IMG/VR virus record: IMGVR_UViG_3300033489_000033
Location: 1 to 36,908 of that record
Origin: a virus
Taxonomy: Duplodnaviria > Caudoviricetes
Strand: one strand, 5' to 3'
DNA: 36,908 bases
Part shown: positions 14,591-24,132 of the stretch, piece after piece
How the letters are laid out: each line of letters starts with the position of its first letter
Position numbering within the stretch: the first letter of the stretch is position 1
The notes under the pieces: generated by a model
Seen by the model: the letters and a program-made list of their open reading frames with translations, nothing else
Told to the model about the DNA's origin: nothing
Database searches by the model: none
Translations under genes and position numbers: made by a program

Positions 14591-16606
14591 ATGGGGTTCT
14601 TTACACGGTTGCTGCAACCTGAAAAGAGATCTCTCAATGATATCCCGGAATTGAAGGGCTGGCTATTTGCGGACAAGACGGCGTCGGGCGTGGACGTGAC
14701 GCCCGAGTCGGCGCTTTCGATGCTGGCCGTGTTCGCCTGCATCCGCGTTTTGTCCGAGGCGCTGGCACAACTGCCATTGATCCTGTATCGCCGGTTGCCG
14801 AACGGGGGCAAAGAGCGCGCGACGGACGACCCGCTCTACACGCTGCTTCACGATCTGCCCAACGGAGAGATGACGTCGTTTTCATTCCGCGAAACGCTGA
14901 TGGGCCATCTGTGCGGCTGGGGCAACGGCTATGCCGAGATCGAATTCAACAGGGCGGGCGACGTGGCCGGGTTGTGGCCGCTGCGGCCTGATCAGATGAA
15001 GGTCGAGCGCAATGGGACCGGCATGGTCTATACCTACGACCGGAAACCGATTCCCGCCTATAAGATTTTTCATGTGCCTGGGCTAGGGTTCGATGGGCGC
15101 GTGGGCTATTCGCCAATCGCCATCGCGCGCCAGGCGATTGGCCTGGGACTGGCAGCGGAGGAATTTTCAGCGCGGTTTTTTGCCAACGACGGCCGGCCTG
15201 GGATCGTCATTGAACATCCCGGCCACCTGGGTGACTTGGCGTTCGACAATCTCCAAAAGTCCTGGAAAGACGAGCACGGGGGAGTGGCCAATGCGCATCA
15301 CCCGGCGATCCTGGAAGAGGGGATGAAGATCCACGAGATCGGGTTGCCGGGCGAAGATGTGCAATTCCTGAGCACGCGCAAGTTCCAGCGCGAGGAGATC
15401 GCGGGGCTGTTCCGTGTGCCGCCGCACCTGATCGCCGACCTGGAGCGAGCAACCTTTTCCAACATCGAGCAGCAATCGCTCGAATTTGTCATCTATACGC
15501 TGACGCCCTGGCTGGTGCAATGGGAGCAGACGATCACGTGGAAGCTCATCCCGCGGGAGCGGCGGCGCGAGATGTTTGCCGAGTTCCTGGTGGACGGCCT
15601 GCTGCGCGGCGACGCGCAGAGCCGTTACGCAGCCTATTCATCGGGTCGGCAGAACGGGTGGCTCTCGGCGAACGACGTGCGCGAGAAAGAGAATATGAAC
15701 CCCATCGAGGGCGGGGACGTGTACCTGATTCCAATGAACATGATGCCGGCGAACGATACGGGACAGTCGTCTCCGGGAGGCGTGCCCTCGACGGCTCGAC
15801 AAGGCTTGCCGCAAGTGGAACAAGCCCTCTCCCCTGGCCCCTCTCCCGAAATCGGGCGAGGGGAACTGGAGGAGCGCAGCGCAAAATCGGCGCGCTCGCG
15901 CAACCGATTGGGCCACGCTTATAAGCGGATGTATGCGGATGTGATGGGCCGGGTGATCCGGCGCGAGCAGGCGGACATCCGCAAGGCGGCGACGCGCTAC
16001 CTGGGGCAGCGGGATGTGATGATGTTCAACTCGTGGCTGGATCAGTTCTACCGAGAGCACCGGCCCTTTGTGAAAAAGAATGTGACGCCGCTGTATCACT
16101 CGTTCGGGGACGCGATAGCTCAACTCGCCCAGGACGAGGTGAACGCGACCGAGCAAGACATGACGCGCGAGTTGGAGCGGTTCACGGCCACCTACGTGGA
16201 CGATTTCGGCGACCGACATTCGGACATTAGCTATAACCGGATGAGGGGCGCGGTCCAACAGGCGCTAGACTCGGGCGAGAATCCCGCCGATGCCGTCGAG
16301 GTGGAGCTGGGCAAGTGGGACGAGCGGCCCGACGACACGGCGATGTGGGAGAGCGTCCGGTTCGGCAACGCGATCGCGGTGACAGTGTTCGGGCTGGCCG
16401 GGCGCGAGTTCCTGCGCTGGCACGCCTTTGGCGACTCGTGCCCGTACTGCAAGAGCCTGAACGGGAAGAAGGCCGGGATCCGCGAGTTCTTTTTGGAGAT
16501 TGGCGACTTTCAGCCCGAGGGGGCGGACAAGCCGCTGACACTCAGCAACAATGTGAGGCATCCACCGGCGCACGGCGGGTGCGATTGCGGAATCTCAGCG
16601 GCGTGA
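14591..16606 (+). CDS. HK97-family portal fused to MuF-like minor head domain
   Basis: Portal motifs (AVFACIRVLSE, FRVPPHLI, FSNIEQQ); C-terminal CPYC...HPPAHGGCDC. Confidence 0.9.
   Translation: MGFFTRLLQPEKRSLNDIPELKGWLFADKTASGVDVTPESALSMLAVFACIRVLSEALAQLPLILYRRLPNGGKERATDDPLYTLLHDLPNGEMTSFSFRETLMGHLCGWGNGYAEIEFNRAGDVAGLWPLRPDQMKVERNGTGMVYTYDRKPIPAYKIFHVPGLGFDGRVGYSPIAIARQAIGLGLAAEEFSARFFANDGRPGIVIEHPGHLGDLAFDNLQKSWKDEHGGVANAHHPAILEEGMKIHEIGLPGEDVQFLSTRKFQREEIAGLFRVPPHLIADLERATFSNIEQQSLEFVIYTLTPWLVQWEQTITWKLIPRERRREMFAEFLVDGLLRGDAQSRYAAYSSGRQNGWLSANDVREKENMNPIEGGDVYLIPMNMMPANDTGQSSPGGVPSTARQGLPQVEQALSPGPSPEIGRGELEERSAKSARSRNRLGHAYKRMYADVMGRVIRREQADIRKAATRYLGQRDVMMFNSWLDQFYREHRPFVKKNVTPLYHSFGDAIAQLAQDEVNATEQDMTRELERFTATYVDDFGDRHSDISYNRMRGAVQQALDSGENPADAVEVELGKWDERPDDTAMWESVRFGNAIAVTVFGLAGREFLRWHAFGDSCPYCKSLNGKKAGIREFFLEIGDFQPEGADKPLTLSNNVRHPPAHGGCDCGISAA
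15825..15864 (+). repeat. REP-like palindrome in the portal linker
   Basis: CCCTCTCCCCTGGCCCCTCTCCCGAAATCGGGCGAGGGGA, same family as 22576 and 28604. Confidence 0.65.
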
Positions 16607-16636
16607 CACGGATTTTGTCACGGATGCACGGAGGTA

Positions 16637-17623
16637 ATGATGGCAGCGATTCGAGTGCACCACACAGCGACGGACGATAGAGCCTGGGACGGCCCGGCGA
16701 ACGAGGGGCGGCTGCGCAAGGATGAGTCTGAGGCGTACTATAAGAGCGCGTTCGCCTGGCAGGACCCGGAAGGCGACCCGAAGACCAAGGGCGCCTACCG
16801 CTTCATCCACCATCTTGTGGACGGAGGCGGGGATGTCGGCGCGGCCAGCACGCGAGCGTGCAGCAGCGCGATCGGCGTGCTCAACGGCGGACGCGGCGGG
16901 ACGACGATCCCGGACGCGGACCGGCGCGGCGTGTACAACCACCTGGCGGCGCATTTGAAAGATGCGGATATGACGCCTCCGGACCTGAGAGAGAGTGGAG
17001 ATTCGGAGATCGAGCGGCGGACGTTGCAAGTGCCTGAGCTGCGCGTCCTGGAGGAAAACGGTGTGGCGCATATCGTGGGATATGCGGCACTGTTCGACGT
17101 GATCAGCGAAGACCTGGGTTTCTTCCGTGAGATGATTCGTCCAGGCGCATTCACGCGCACCTTGAAAGAAAGCGCAGATGTGCGTGCGCTGTGGAATCAC
17201 GAGCCAATCTATGTGCTGGGACGGACGCGCAGCGGAACATTGAAACTGGAAGAGGATGCGAGGGGCTTGCGCTACGATATCACGCCGCCTGAGACGCAGT
17301 GGGCACAGGACGTCATAGTGACGATGCGGCGTGGCGATGTTAATCAAAGCTCTTTTTCGTTTAGAACGATCAGTGAGGAATGGGGTTCCGATGAGAAAGG
17401 CATTCTGCGTAGCCTGACAGATTTGGATCTTTTAGACGTTTCACCCGTGACGTTTCCTGCCTACCCTCAGACGAGCGCGCAGGTGCGGAGCCGGGTGTTC
17501 GAGTTGAGCCAGCCGGGCGGGGCGGGACAGGCGTCCTCCCTGCCTGCCGAGGTGGAGGCCGAGGCGCGGGCGCGCCGGAAGCAGATGCAGCGGCTGCTGG
17601 ACCTTGCAGAGAAAGAAATCTAG
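16637..17623 (+). CDS. HK97-type prohead protease with N-terminal extra domain
   Basis: GYAALF, ALWNH, SSFSF, DVSPVTFPAY. Confidence 0.92.
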   Translation: MMAAIRVHHTATDDRAWDGPANEGRLRKDESEAYYKSAFAWQDPEGDPKTKGAYRFIHHLVDGGGDVGAASTRACSSAIGVLNGGRGGTTIPDADRRGVYNHLAAHLKDADMTPPDLRESGDSEIERRTLQVPELRVLEENGVAHIVGYAALFDVISEDLGFFREMIRPGAFTRTLKESADVRALWNHEPIYVLGRTRSGTLKLEEDARGLRYDITPPETQWAQDVIVTMRRGDVNQSSFSFRTISEEWGSDEKGILRSLTDLDLLDVSPVTFPAYPQTSAQVRSRVFELSQPGGAGQASSLPAEVEAEARARRKQMQRLLDLAEKEI

Positions 17624-17631
17624 GAGGAACC

Positions 17632-18954
17632 ATGAAGGTCATCGAGTTGCGACAAAAGCGCGCGGGATTGATCGCCGAAGCGCGCAAGATCATTGACGCC
17701 GGCGAGCCGGGCAAGCCGCTTTCGGCGGATGACGAGACTCGCTACAGTGCGATCATGGATGAAGTCAACAACCTGGCCAAGCAGGTCGAGCGCCAGGAGC
17801 GCCAGGAGCTGATGGAGCACGAGCTGAGCGAGAGCGCGGGACGCGAGACGCGCGACGGCGCGCCGGGCGCCCAGGGCGCCCAGGGCGGTGACGGATCTCC
17901 GGCTCCCTATCAGTTCCAGTCGCGCGGGATGCAAGGAATGACGGTCGAGCGGATGCAAGCCGATCCGCAGTGGGCGCGCTTGCTGCCGTTCATGCAGCTG
18001 AATTATCAGAGCGCCTACCGGCATTTCCTGTTGACCGGCGAGGTCCGGGCGCTGGCCAGGGCCGAGGAATCCCGCGCCTTGCAGGCCGACGTGGACACGG
18101 CGGGCGGCTACCTGGTCACGCCTGTGCAGTTCGTGGATGCCTTGATCACGGCGGTGGATAACCTGGTCTACGTCCGCCAGTGGGCGACGGTGTATGCCGT
18201 GGCGAACGCGGACGCGCTGGGCGTGCCCTCGCTCGACCACGATCCGGCCGACCCGACCTGGACGAGCGAGCTTCTCATCGGGAGCGAGGACTCGACGATG
18301 GATGTGGGCGCGCGCGAGCTGCACCCGCACCCGCTGGCCAAGTATATCAAGGTCAGCCGGAAGCTCTTGCGCAAGGTGCCGTCCGTCGAGCAATTGGTGA
18401 TGGACCGCTTCGCCTACAAGTTCGGGGTCGTGGCCGAGAACGCTTACTTGAACGGGACCGGCGTGGGGCAACCCCTGGGCGTGTTCGTGGCATCCAACGC
18501 CGGCATCAGCACGGGGCGGGACGTGAGCACCGGCAACACCACGACCAGCATCCAGTTCGACGGTCTGGTGGAGGCCAAGTACACGCTCAAGCCGCAGTAT
18601 TGGGCTCGGGCGCGGTGGATGTTCAACCGCGTCGGCGTGAAGCAGATCGCCAAGCTGCAGGATGACGACGGGCAGTATATCTGGCGCGAATCGGTGCGAG
18701 TGGGCGAGCCGGACACGCTGCTGGGCTTCCCGGTGGCGATGTCGGAATACGCGCCGAGCACCTTCACGACCGGGCTGTACGTGGGCCTGCTCGGCGACTG
18801 GTCCTACTACTGGATCGCCGATGCGATGTCGTTCGAGATGCAGCGCCTGGTGGAGTTGTACGCCGCCACGAACCAGATCGGCTACATTGGCCGGTTGGAG
18901 AGCGACGGCCAGCCGGTGCTGGAAGAGGCGTTCGTGCGGGTCAAATTGGCCTAA
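17632..18954 (+). CDS. Major capsid protein, HK97 fold
   Basis: Delta-domain coiled coil; GGYLV; LNGTGVGQPLG; TLLGFPV. Confidence 0.95.
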   Translation: MKVIELRQKRAGLIAEARKIIDAGEPGKPLSADDETRYSAIMDEVNNLAKQVERQERQELMEHELSESAGRETRDGAPGAQGAQGGDGSPAPYQFQSRGMQGMTVERMQADPQWARLLPFMQLNYQSAYRHFLLTGEVRALARAEESRALQADVDTAGGYLVTPVQFVDALITAVDNLVYVRQWATVYAVANADALGVPSLDHDPADPTWTSELLIGSEDSTMDVGARELHPHPLAKYIKVSRKLLRKVPSVEQLVMDRFAYKFGVVAENAYLNGTGVGQPLGVFVASNAGISTGRDVSTGNTTTSIQFDGLVEAKYTLKPQYWARARWMFNRVGVKQIAKLQDDDGQYIWRESVRVGEPDTLLGFPVAMSEYAPSTFTTGLYVGLLGDWSYYWIADAMSFEMQRLVELYAATNQIGYIGRLESDGQPVLEEAFVRVKLA

Positions 18955-19001
18955 AAGTGATCAGTGATCGGTACGATCAGTGATCGGTTCAGGAGGGAAA
19001 G

Positions 19002-19457
19002 ATGTTACCAGTAGGTTTCGAGTTCGAGAACGACGTCCGCGTCATCAAGTGCAACAATTTCAACACGGCTGTGGCGGCGGCCGCCCGCCTGCCGGCGTCC
19101 GGCTCGTTCATTGATATGGCGAACATCAAGCATGGCGTGTTCCTCGTGGGAATCGGTACTGAGGACACGGCCGCGACGTTCTCTGTGTATCAGGACACGA
19201 GTGCGACCGAGACGGGAGACATCAAGGTCATCACCAGCGCCGCGCAATTGATCGCGGCGGACGACGACGACAAGTGGTTCACGATCGAGTTCGACGTTGA
19301 AAAGATAGACCGGACGAACGGGTTCCGGTACGTGACTCTCAGCCCGGATGCCGGGACGGGCAGCAACGACTACTATTGCGTGTTCTTCCTGGGCTTCGGG
19401 AACCGCAGGGTTCCAGTGACCAAGGCAACGAATTACGCCTATCACGTCTCGGTGTAG
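19002..19457 (+). CDS. Putative capsid decoration protein
   Basis: Follows MCP; beta-rich; GFRYV motif. Confidence 0.6.
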   Translation: MLPVGFEFENDVRVIKCNNFNTAVAAAARLPASGSFIDMANIKHGVFLVGIGTEDTAATFSVYQDTSATETGDIKVITSAAQLIAADDDDKWFTIEFDVEKIDRTNGFRYVTLSPDAGTGSNDYYCVFFLGFGNRRVPVTKATNYAYHVSV

Positions 19458-19486
19458 ACGAGCCTATCACGTCTCGGTGTAGACGA
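19437..19486 (+). repeat. Tandem duplication, 2 x 25 bp
   Basis: GCCTATCACGTCTCGGTGTAGACGA twice. Confidence 0.95.
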
Positions 19487-19537
19487 AGATTGAAGGGCCA
19501 GGCCTTCATGGGTCTGGCCCTCTGAAGGAGCAATCAA

Positions 19538-20491
19538 ATGGCAAAGCAAGCGACTTCCTATGATCTCAGGAAGTACTTGAATGTGATGGACCTGCCGCTT
19601 GGACCGAAGAGCAAGACCTACCTGGTAGACCCGGTCGACGGCAGTGACAGCAATTCAGGCACAAACCTGGAGCAACCCTTGAAAACGCTGGAGGCGGCCG
19701 AGGACAAGTGCGTCGGCGACCAGCACGATGCGGTGCTGTTCCTCTCGGGCGACACTGCGGACAATCCAATCGCGGCGATTGCCTGGGACAAGGACTATAC
19801 TCACCTGGTCGGGCTGAGTTCGTCCGTGTACGGCCTGGGCCAACGCTGCCGCATCGTGGCCCTGGCGGCCACGGCGCTCTCTCCGGTGATCACCTTCTCG
19901 AGCAATGGCTGCATCGTCAGGAACATGCAGTTCAACAACGAGAAGGCGGCAGGCGCGGCTTCCGGGATAGCCATCGTGACGGGCATGAGGAACTACTTTG
20001 AGAACGTATTCTTCATGGCGCCGACTGCCGACGACGCGGCTTCCTACTCGCTGAAAATGGCGGGCGCGGAAAACGTGTTCAAGCACTGCACGATTGGGCA
20101 ATACACCAACTTCCGGTCGGCGGCCAGTTATGGGTTGTGGCTGCACAAGGGCGCTGGCGCGTCCGTTTCGCGCAACCTGTTCGATGAGTGCATGTTCCTG
20201 GCCTGGAGCGGAGGTTCGCCCTCCACCCACGTGCACGTTCTCGTGGATGCTGACATTGCAACCATTCCCTGGCTGACCATCTTCAAGGACTGCCTGTTTG
20301 CCAACAACTATGGCGGCGGGACGATCCAGGCGCAAGCCATTGACGATAACAGCACCGCAACAGGGCATCAAATTCTGCTGTGGGGCAAAAACTCGTTCGT
20401 AGGCTGCACGGTTGTGGCCGACACACTGACCTACATCTTCAATCAGTCCAAGTTCGCAGGCGGCTTGATGGCTGCTCTGACCGAATCGTAA
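19538..20491 (+). CDS. Beta-helix (pectin-lyase-like) virion protein
   Basis: YLVDPVDGSDSNSG...PLKTL; repeated NxFxNCxF turns. Confidence 0.7.
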   Translation: MAKQATSYDLRKYLNVMDLPLGPKSKTYLVDPVDGSDSNSGTNLEQPLKTLEAAEDKCVGDQHDAVLFLSGDTADNPIAAIAWDKDYTHLVGLSSSVYGLGQRCRIVALAATALSPVITFSSNGCIVRNMQFNNEKAAGAASGIAIVTGMRNYFENVFFMAPTADDAASYSLKMAGAENVFKHCTIGQYTNFRSAASYGLWLHKGAGASVSRNLFDECMFLAWSGGSPSTHVHVLVDADIATIPWLTIFKDCLFANNYGGGTIQAQAIDDNSTATGHQILLWGKNSFVGCTVVADTLTYIFNQSKFAGGLMAALTES

Positions 20492-20522
20492 GCGGAGAGC
20501 CAGGCGCGCTAAGGAGCGAGGC

Positions 20523-20888
20523 ATGAACAAACGTGAAACGGTCGCGATCACAGTGGATGGCAGCGGCGACGGGGTGGGATACACGCCGGTTGTCTCAGGC
20601 AAGTTCTCGCAGATCTGCTACGTCAAGACGGACTATGCCGACGGCGTGACCTTCGTGATCACGGCCGAGGCGACGGGCGAGACGCTCTGGAGTGAGGCGG
20701 CGGTGAACGCGAGTGCGACGCGAGCGCCCCGGCAGGCAACACACAGCACGGCGGGCGCGGCGGCCTTGTACGCGGCGGCGGGAACGGCGGTGAATGACAA
20801 GATCGTGCTGGTGGCCGACCGCGTCAAGATTGTGGTGAGCCTGGGCGGAGTTTCGAAGAGCGGAACGTTCCACGTCGTTTTGGAATAG
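20523..20888 (+). CDS. Putative small virion protein
   Basis: AAGGAG RBS; Ala/Thr/Val-rich. Confidence 0.65.
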   Translation: MNKRETVAITVDGSGDGVGYTPVVSGKFSQICYVKTDYADGVTFVITAEATGETLWSEAAVNASATRAPRQATHSTAGAAALYAAAGTAVNDKIVLVADRVKIVVSLGGVSKSGTFHVVLE

Positions 20889-20890
20889 CC

Positions 20891-21538
20891 ATGCAGGTGC
20901 TGGTGGCCGTTCCCTATCGGCGCAACACGCCTGAGCAATTCATCGCGCAGACGCGGATGAACTTTGCCAGCATGACGTTCGCCGACCGTAAACTGGTGAT
21001 GATGCGCAACGAGTTTCACGACAGCGGACGGCGCTATGGAGCGAATGCAATGGCGCGCAACCGATTGATTGACATGTTCCTGCGGGATGAGTATACGCAC
21101 GTACTATGGGTGGACGTTGACCTGGTCCATGTCCCGCGCGATCTGATCGAGCGGCTGGCGGAGGTTTCGCAGTCGGATATCGTCGCGCCGTTCGTGTTCG
21201 TCGAAAGGGTGCGGCCTGGGCCGCCCTCGCATCAAAACGGTGGATGGTTCTACGATACGGGCGGCTTTGTTCGCAACGGGGAACACGCCAGCGAGTTTCC
21301 GCCGCACTTTGCCGGGTATCGCGGATGGGCGTTGGAAATGGAAAGCGTGGGGACTTGCTACCTGGCGCCGGCGGAGGTTTACCGGCGCGGGTGCCGGTAC
21401 GAGCCGGTCGGCGACGACGTGGAGCACGTGTCCATGATGGCGGAAGCGCGGGCGCTGGGATATCGGATCTGGGCGATGGATGCGGTGCAGGTGACCCATG
21501 CGTACCTGCCAAAATACGGAGTGGCATGGCATGGGTAG
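20891..21538 (+). CDS. GT-A fold glycosyltransferase
   Basis: VLVAVP, ARN, HVLWVDVD (DxD), EH, terminal His. Confidence 0.85.
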   Translation: MQVLVAVPYRRNTPEQFIAQTRMNFASMTFADRKLVMMRNEFHDSGRRYGANAMARNRLIDMFLRDEYTHVLWVDVDLVHVPRDLIERLAEVSQSDIVAPFVFVERVRPGPPSHQNGGWFYDTGGFVRNGEHASEFPPHFAGYRGWALEMESVGTCYLAPAEVYRRGCRYEPVGDDVEHVSMMAEARALGYRIWAMDAVQVTHAYLPKYGVAWHG

Positions 21539-22031
21539 TCTATCTTCTTCCCTAGCTTTCCTCTTGTTGGGATGCGGGGATGAGGTGCGCAAGGGCTGGG
21601 TGCATGTGGACTGGCGGCGACATAGTGCGCACGTGGACGTCGCGCACGACTTGAACATCAGGCCGTGGCCGTTCGAGGATGGGTGCGCGGAACGGATCGA
21701 AGCGATTGACGTGCTGGAGCACCTGGACGACGTGGTCGGTTTCATGGACGAGTGCTGGCGGATCTTGAAGCCGGGCGGGGTTTTGAAGGTTCAGGCGGTG
21801 GGATGGAAGAGTGAGAACTTGTGGCGGGACCCGACCCACCGGCGCGGTTTCCATCCTGACACGTTTCTATACTTTGACCCGTCGAGCGAGCTGCGACGCA
21901 AGTTCGGTAAGTTCTACACGGATCGGACATGGCGGGTTTTGCGAGTTGAAGAGGGTGACAATGTGACGGTGGAAATGTCGCCGAGGAAAGACCCTGACGA
22001 CTGGGGGAGCATGAAATGGCGCGAACATTGA
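21531..22031 (+). CDS. Class I SAM-dependent methyltransferase
   Basis: LGCG...VHVD, VLEHL, RILKPGG, DPTH. Confidence 0.88.
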   Translation: MGSLSSSLAFLLLGCGDEVRKGWVHVDWRRHSAHVDVAHDLNIRPWPFEDGCAERIEAIDVLEHLDDVVGFMDECWRILKPGGVLKVQAVGWKSENLWRDPTHRRGFHPDTFLYFDPSSELRRKFGKFYTDRTWRVLRVEEGDNVTVEMSPRKDPDDWGSMKWREH

Positions 22032-22573
22032 TCACAGGACCGGCGGTAGAGCCGATATCGCTGGACGACGCAAAGTTGCACGTGCGGCAGGATGACACGG
22101 CGGACGACGCGCTGATCACGGGCCTGATCAAGGCGGCGCGCGAATATGCCGAAAACTTTACCCGGCGTGCGCTCATCACGCAGACGTGGGAGCTGGTGCT
22201 GGATGACTGGCCTGACGACGATGAGATCGAGCTTCCCTTGCCGCCGCTACAGAGCGTGACGAGCGTCAAATACACCGACCTGGACGGCGTGGAACACGAG
22301 TTCGATGACGACTATTATATCGTGGACACGAGCGGCGTAAAGGGGCGCGTCGTCCTGGTCGAGGACGCAAGCTGGCCCAGCAGCGAGGACCTGCAGGAGG
22401 CGGCGGCGATCCACGTGCGGTTCGTGGCCGGCTATGGCGCAGCGGGCAGCAGCGTGCCCGAGATGATCCTCCTGGGCATGAAGATGCTGATCGGGTCCTG
22501 GTACGAGAACCGCGAGCCATCCGGCAGCCTGGAGGTGGCGGATCTGTTGATGTGGTCGCTGAGGGTGTGGTAG
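22016..22573 (+). CDS. Head-tail connector (adaptor)
   Basis: EPISLDDAKLHVR, RALITQT, AGYG, WYENRE. Confidence 0.9.
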   Translation: MARTLITGPAVEPISLDDAKLHVRQDDTADDALITGLIKAAREYAENFTRRALITQTWELVLDDWPDDDEIELPLPPLQSVTSVKYTDLDGVEHEFDDDYYIVDTSGVKGRVVLVEDASWPSSEDLQEAAAIHVRFVAGYGAAGSSVPEMILLGMKMLIGSWYENREPSGSLEVADLLMWSLRVW

Positions 22574-22575
22574 GT

Positions 22576-22617
22576 CCCCACCCCCAGCCCCTCCCCCGTG
22601 CCGCACGGGAGAGGGGA
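22576..22617 (+). repeat. REP-like palindrome
   Basis: CCCCACCCCCAG followed by a 13-bp stem. Confidence 0.7.
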
Positions 22618-22626
22618 GGATGTGGA

Positions 22627-22956
22627 ATGGAAGCGGGTAAGCTCAGGCACCGGATCACGATCAAGCGCAAGCTGGTGACGCGCGATTCGTTCGGCGAAGA
22701 AGTCGTGACGTATTCTGCCGGAGACGGGTTGTGGGCCAGCATCGAGCCGCTGCGCGGGCAGGAATTCATCGAGGCGCAGAAAGCCGGCGTCACGGTGGAT
22801 ACGCGGATCCGCATCCGTTACCGGGACGGGCTTTCTACGAACATGGTCGTCATGTGGGGAGAGCATACCTATGACGTGCTGGCGGTGATCAACGTCAAGG
22901 AAGACCGGCGGGAGACGCAGTTGATGGTAAAGGAGGTTAGCACCCATGCCCACTAG
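22627..22956 (+). CDS. Head closure protein (SPP1 gp16-like)
   Basis: AGKLRHRITI, WASIEPLRGQEF, IRYR. Confidence 0.9.
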   Translation: MEAGKLRHRITIKRKLVTRDSFGEEVVTYSAGDGLWASIEPLRGQEFIEAQKAGVTVDTRIRIRYRDGLSTNMVVMWGEHTYDVLAVINVKEDRRETQLMVKEVSTHAH

Positions 22957-23398
22957 GACCCGGATCAAGGTAGAACTCGTTGGGCTGGACAAGACGATCA
23001 AGGAGCTGGCCAGGCGCGGCAAGCTGGTGGGAGCTGTCCTAGAGGCGGCGGCCCAGGCCGGTGCACAGATCGTGCAGGCGGCGGCGAACCAGGACGCGCC
23101 CACGCCGGCGGTGGAGATAGAGCCTAACGCGGAAAAATCCAAGCCGGCCTATCGAGTGGTGGACATTGGGCCGAAGAAAGAAAAGTGGTTTTACCAGTTT
23201 TTCGAGACGGGCGCACAGCCGCACGAGATCGGCGGGCCACTGGCATTCAAAGACGAGATGGGCAAAACAATCGTCGTGGGCGGCGCATCCCATCCAGGCA
23301 TCCCAGCGAGGCCGTTCCTGCGTCCGGCAATGGATTCGCAAAAGGATGCGGCTACCCAAAAGGTGGGCAGCGTGATCAAGAACAAGGCGGATCTGTAA
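22946..23398 (+). CDS. HK97 gp10-like neck protein
   Basis: FFETG...PARPFLRPA. Confidence 0.85.
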   Translation: MPTRTRIKVELVGLDKTIKELARRGKLVGAVLEAAAQAGAQIVQAAANQDAPTPAVEIEPNAEKSKPAYRVVDIGPKKEKWFYQFFETGAQPHEIGGPLAFKDEMGKTIVVGGASHPGIPARPFLRPAMDSQKDAATQKVGSVIKNKADL

Positions 23399-23800
23399 AT
23401 GGCAGAGTTGGAAGAGGGCCTGTACACATTTTTGACGGGAACAACGGCGATCTTTGCGCTCGTGGGGACGCGGATCTACCCGCTGCTGATCCCGCTGGAC
23501 GCGACGCTGCCCGCAGTAGCGTACCAACGCATCAGCGGCCCTTTCGAGGCGGCCCACGACGGGCCGACCGGGTTGGTGCGGGCCAGGATGCAGATCATGT
23601 GCGTCGGCGAGACATACGCGGCGGCGCGGGGAGTGACTATGGCGATTGTGACGGCGATGCTGGGCTATCGCGGCGAGATGGGCGATTATACCGTGTCGGT
23701 GCCGAAAATCGAAAACGTCACGGATGACCGGGCGGACATGCTGAGCGCGTGCGTGTCGCGGCTCGATGCCATCATTTGGTACAGGGAGACGCCATCATGA
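23399..23800 (+). CDS. Tail terminator (DUF3168-like)
   Basis: LVGTRIYP...LPAVAYQRIS. Confidence 0.85.
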   Translation: MAELEEGLYTFLTGTTAIFALVGTRIYPLLIPLDATLPAVAYQRISGPFEAAHDGPTGLVRARMQIMCVGETYAAARGVTMAIVTAMLGYRGEMGDYTVSVPKIENVTDDRADMLSACVSRLDAIIWYRETPS

Positions 23801-24132
23801 GCAAGACAAGGAAAAGGCGCAACGTTGAGACGGCGACGGTCGAGCTTCCGGCGACGGAGTTGCCGGAGCCGGAGTGGGCTGTGGTGACTCCGGACGAGAT
23901 GTCCACGGACATGGAGCTTGGCCGCGATCCGCGTCCGACAGAGACGCGGTTCACGGTCGGGACCTGGGCCGGTCGCCCGCAGTGGACGTGCGTGCGTTGC
24001 CGTTACGATACGCTGAAGGGCGAGGCCGACATTCTGGCCCACTGGCAGGAAAAGCACGAGCCAAGGCCCGAGCCGAAGCCTGAGCCGAGGGTGCAGGTTT
24101 ACTCGGCGAGCGGAAGGCCGATAAATGCCTGA
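23797..24132 (+). CDS. Small C2H2-type zinc-finger protein
   Basis: WTCVRC...HWQEKH; coupled to both neighbours. Confidence 0.7.
   Translation: MSKTRKRRNVETATVELPATELPEPEWAVVTPDEMSTDMELGRDPRPTETRFTVGTWAGRPQWTCVRCRYDTLKGEADILAHWQEKHEPRPEPKPEPRVQVYSASGRPINA

Noticed and set aside
16608-16632. CACGGA triple repeat before the protease gene
   Set aside because: Too short to interpret; probably a degenerate host-type repeat.
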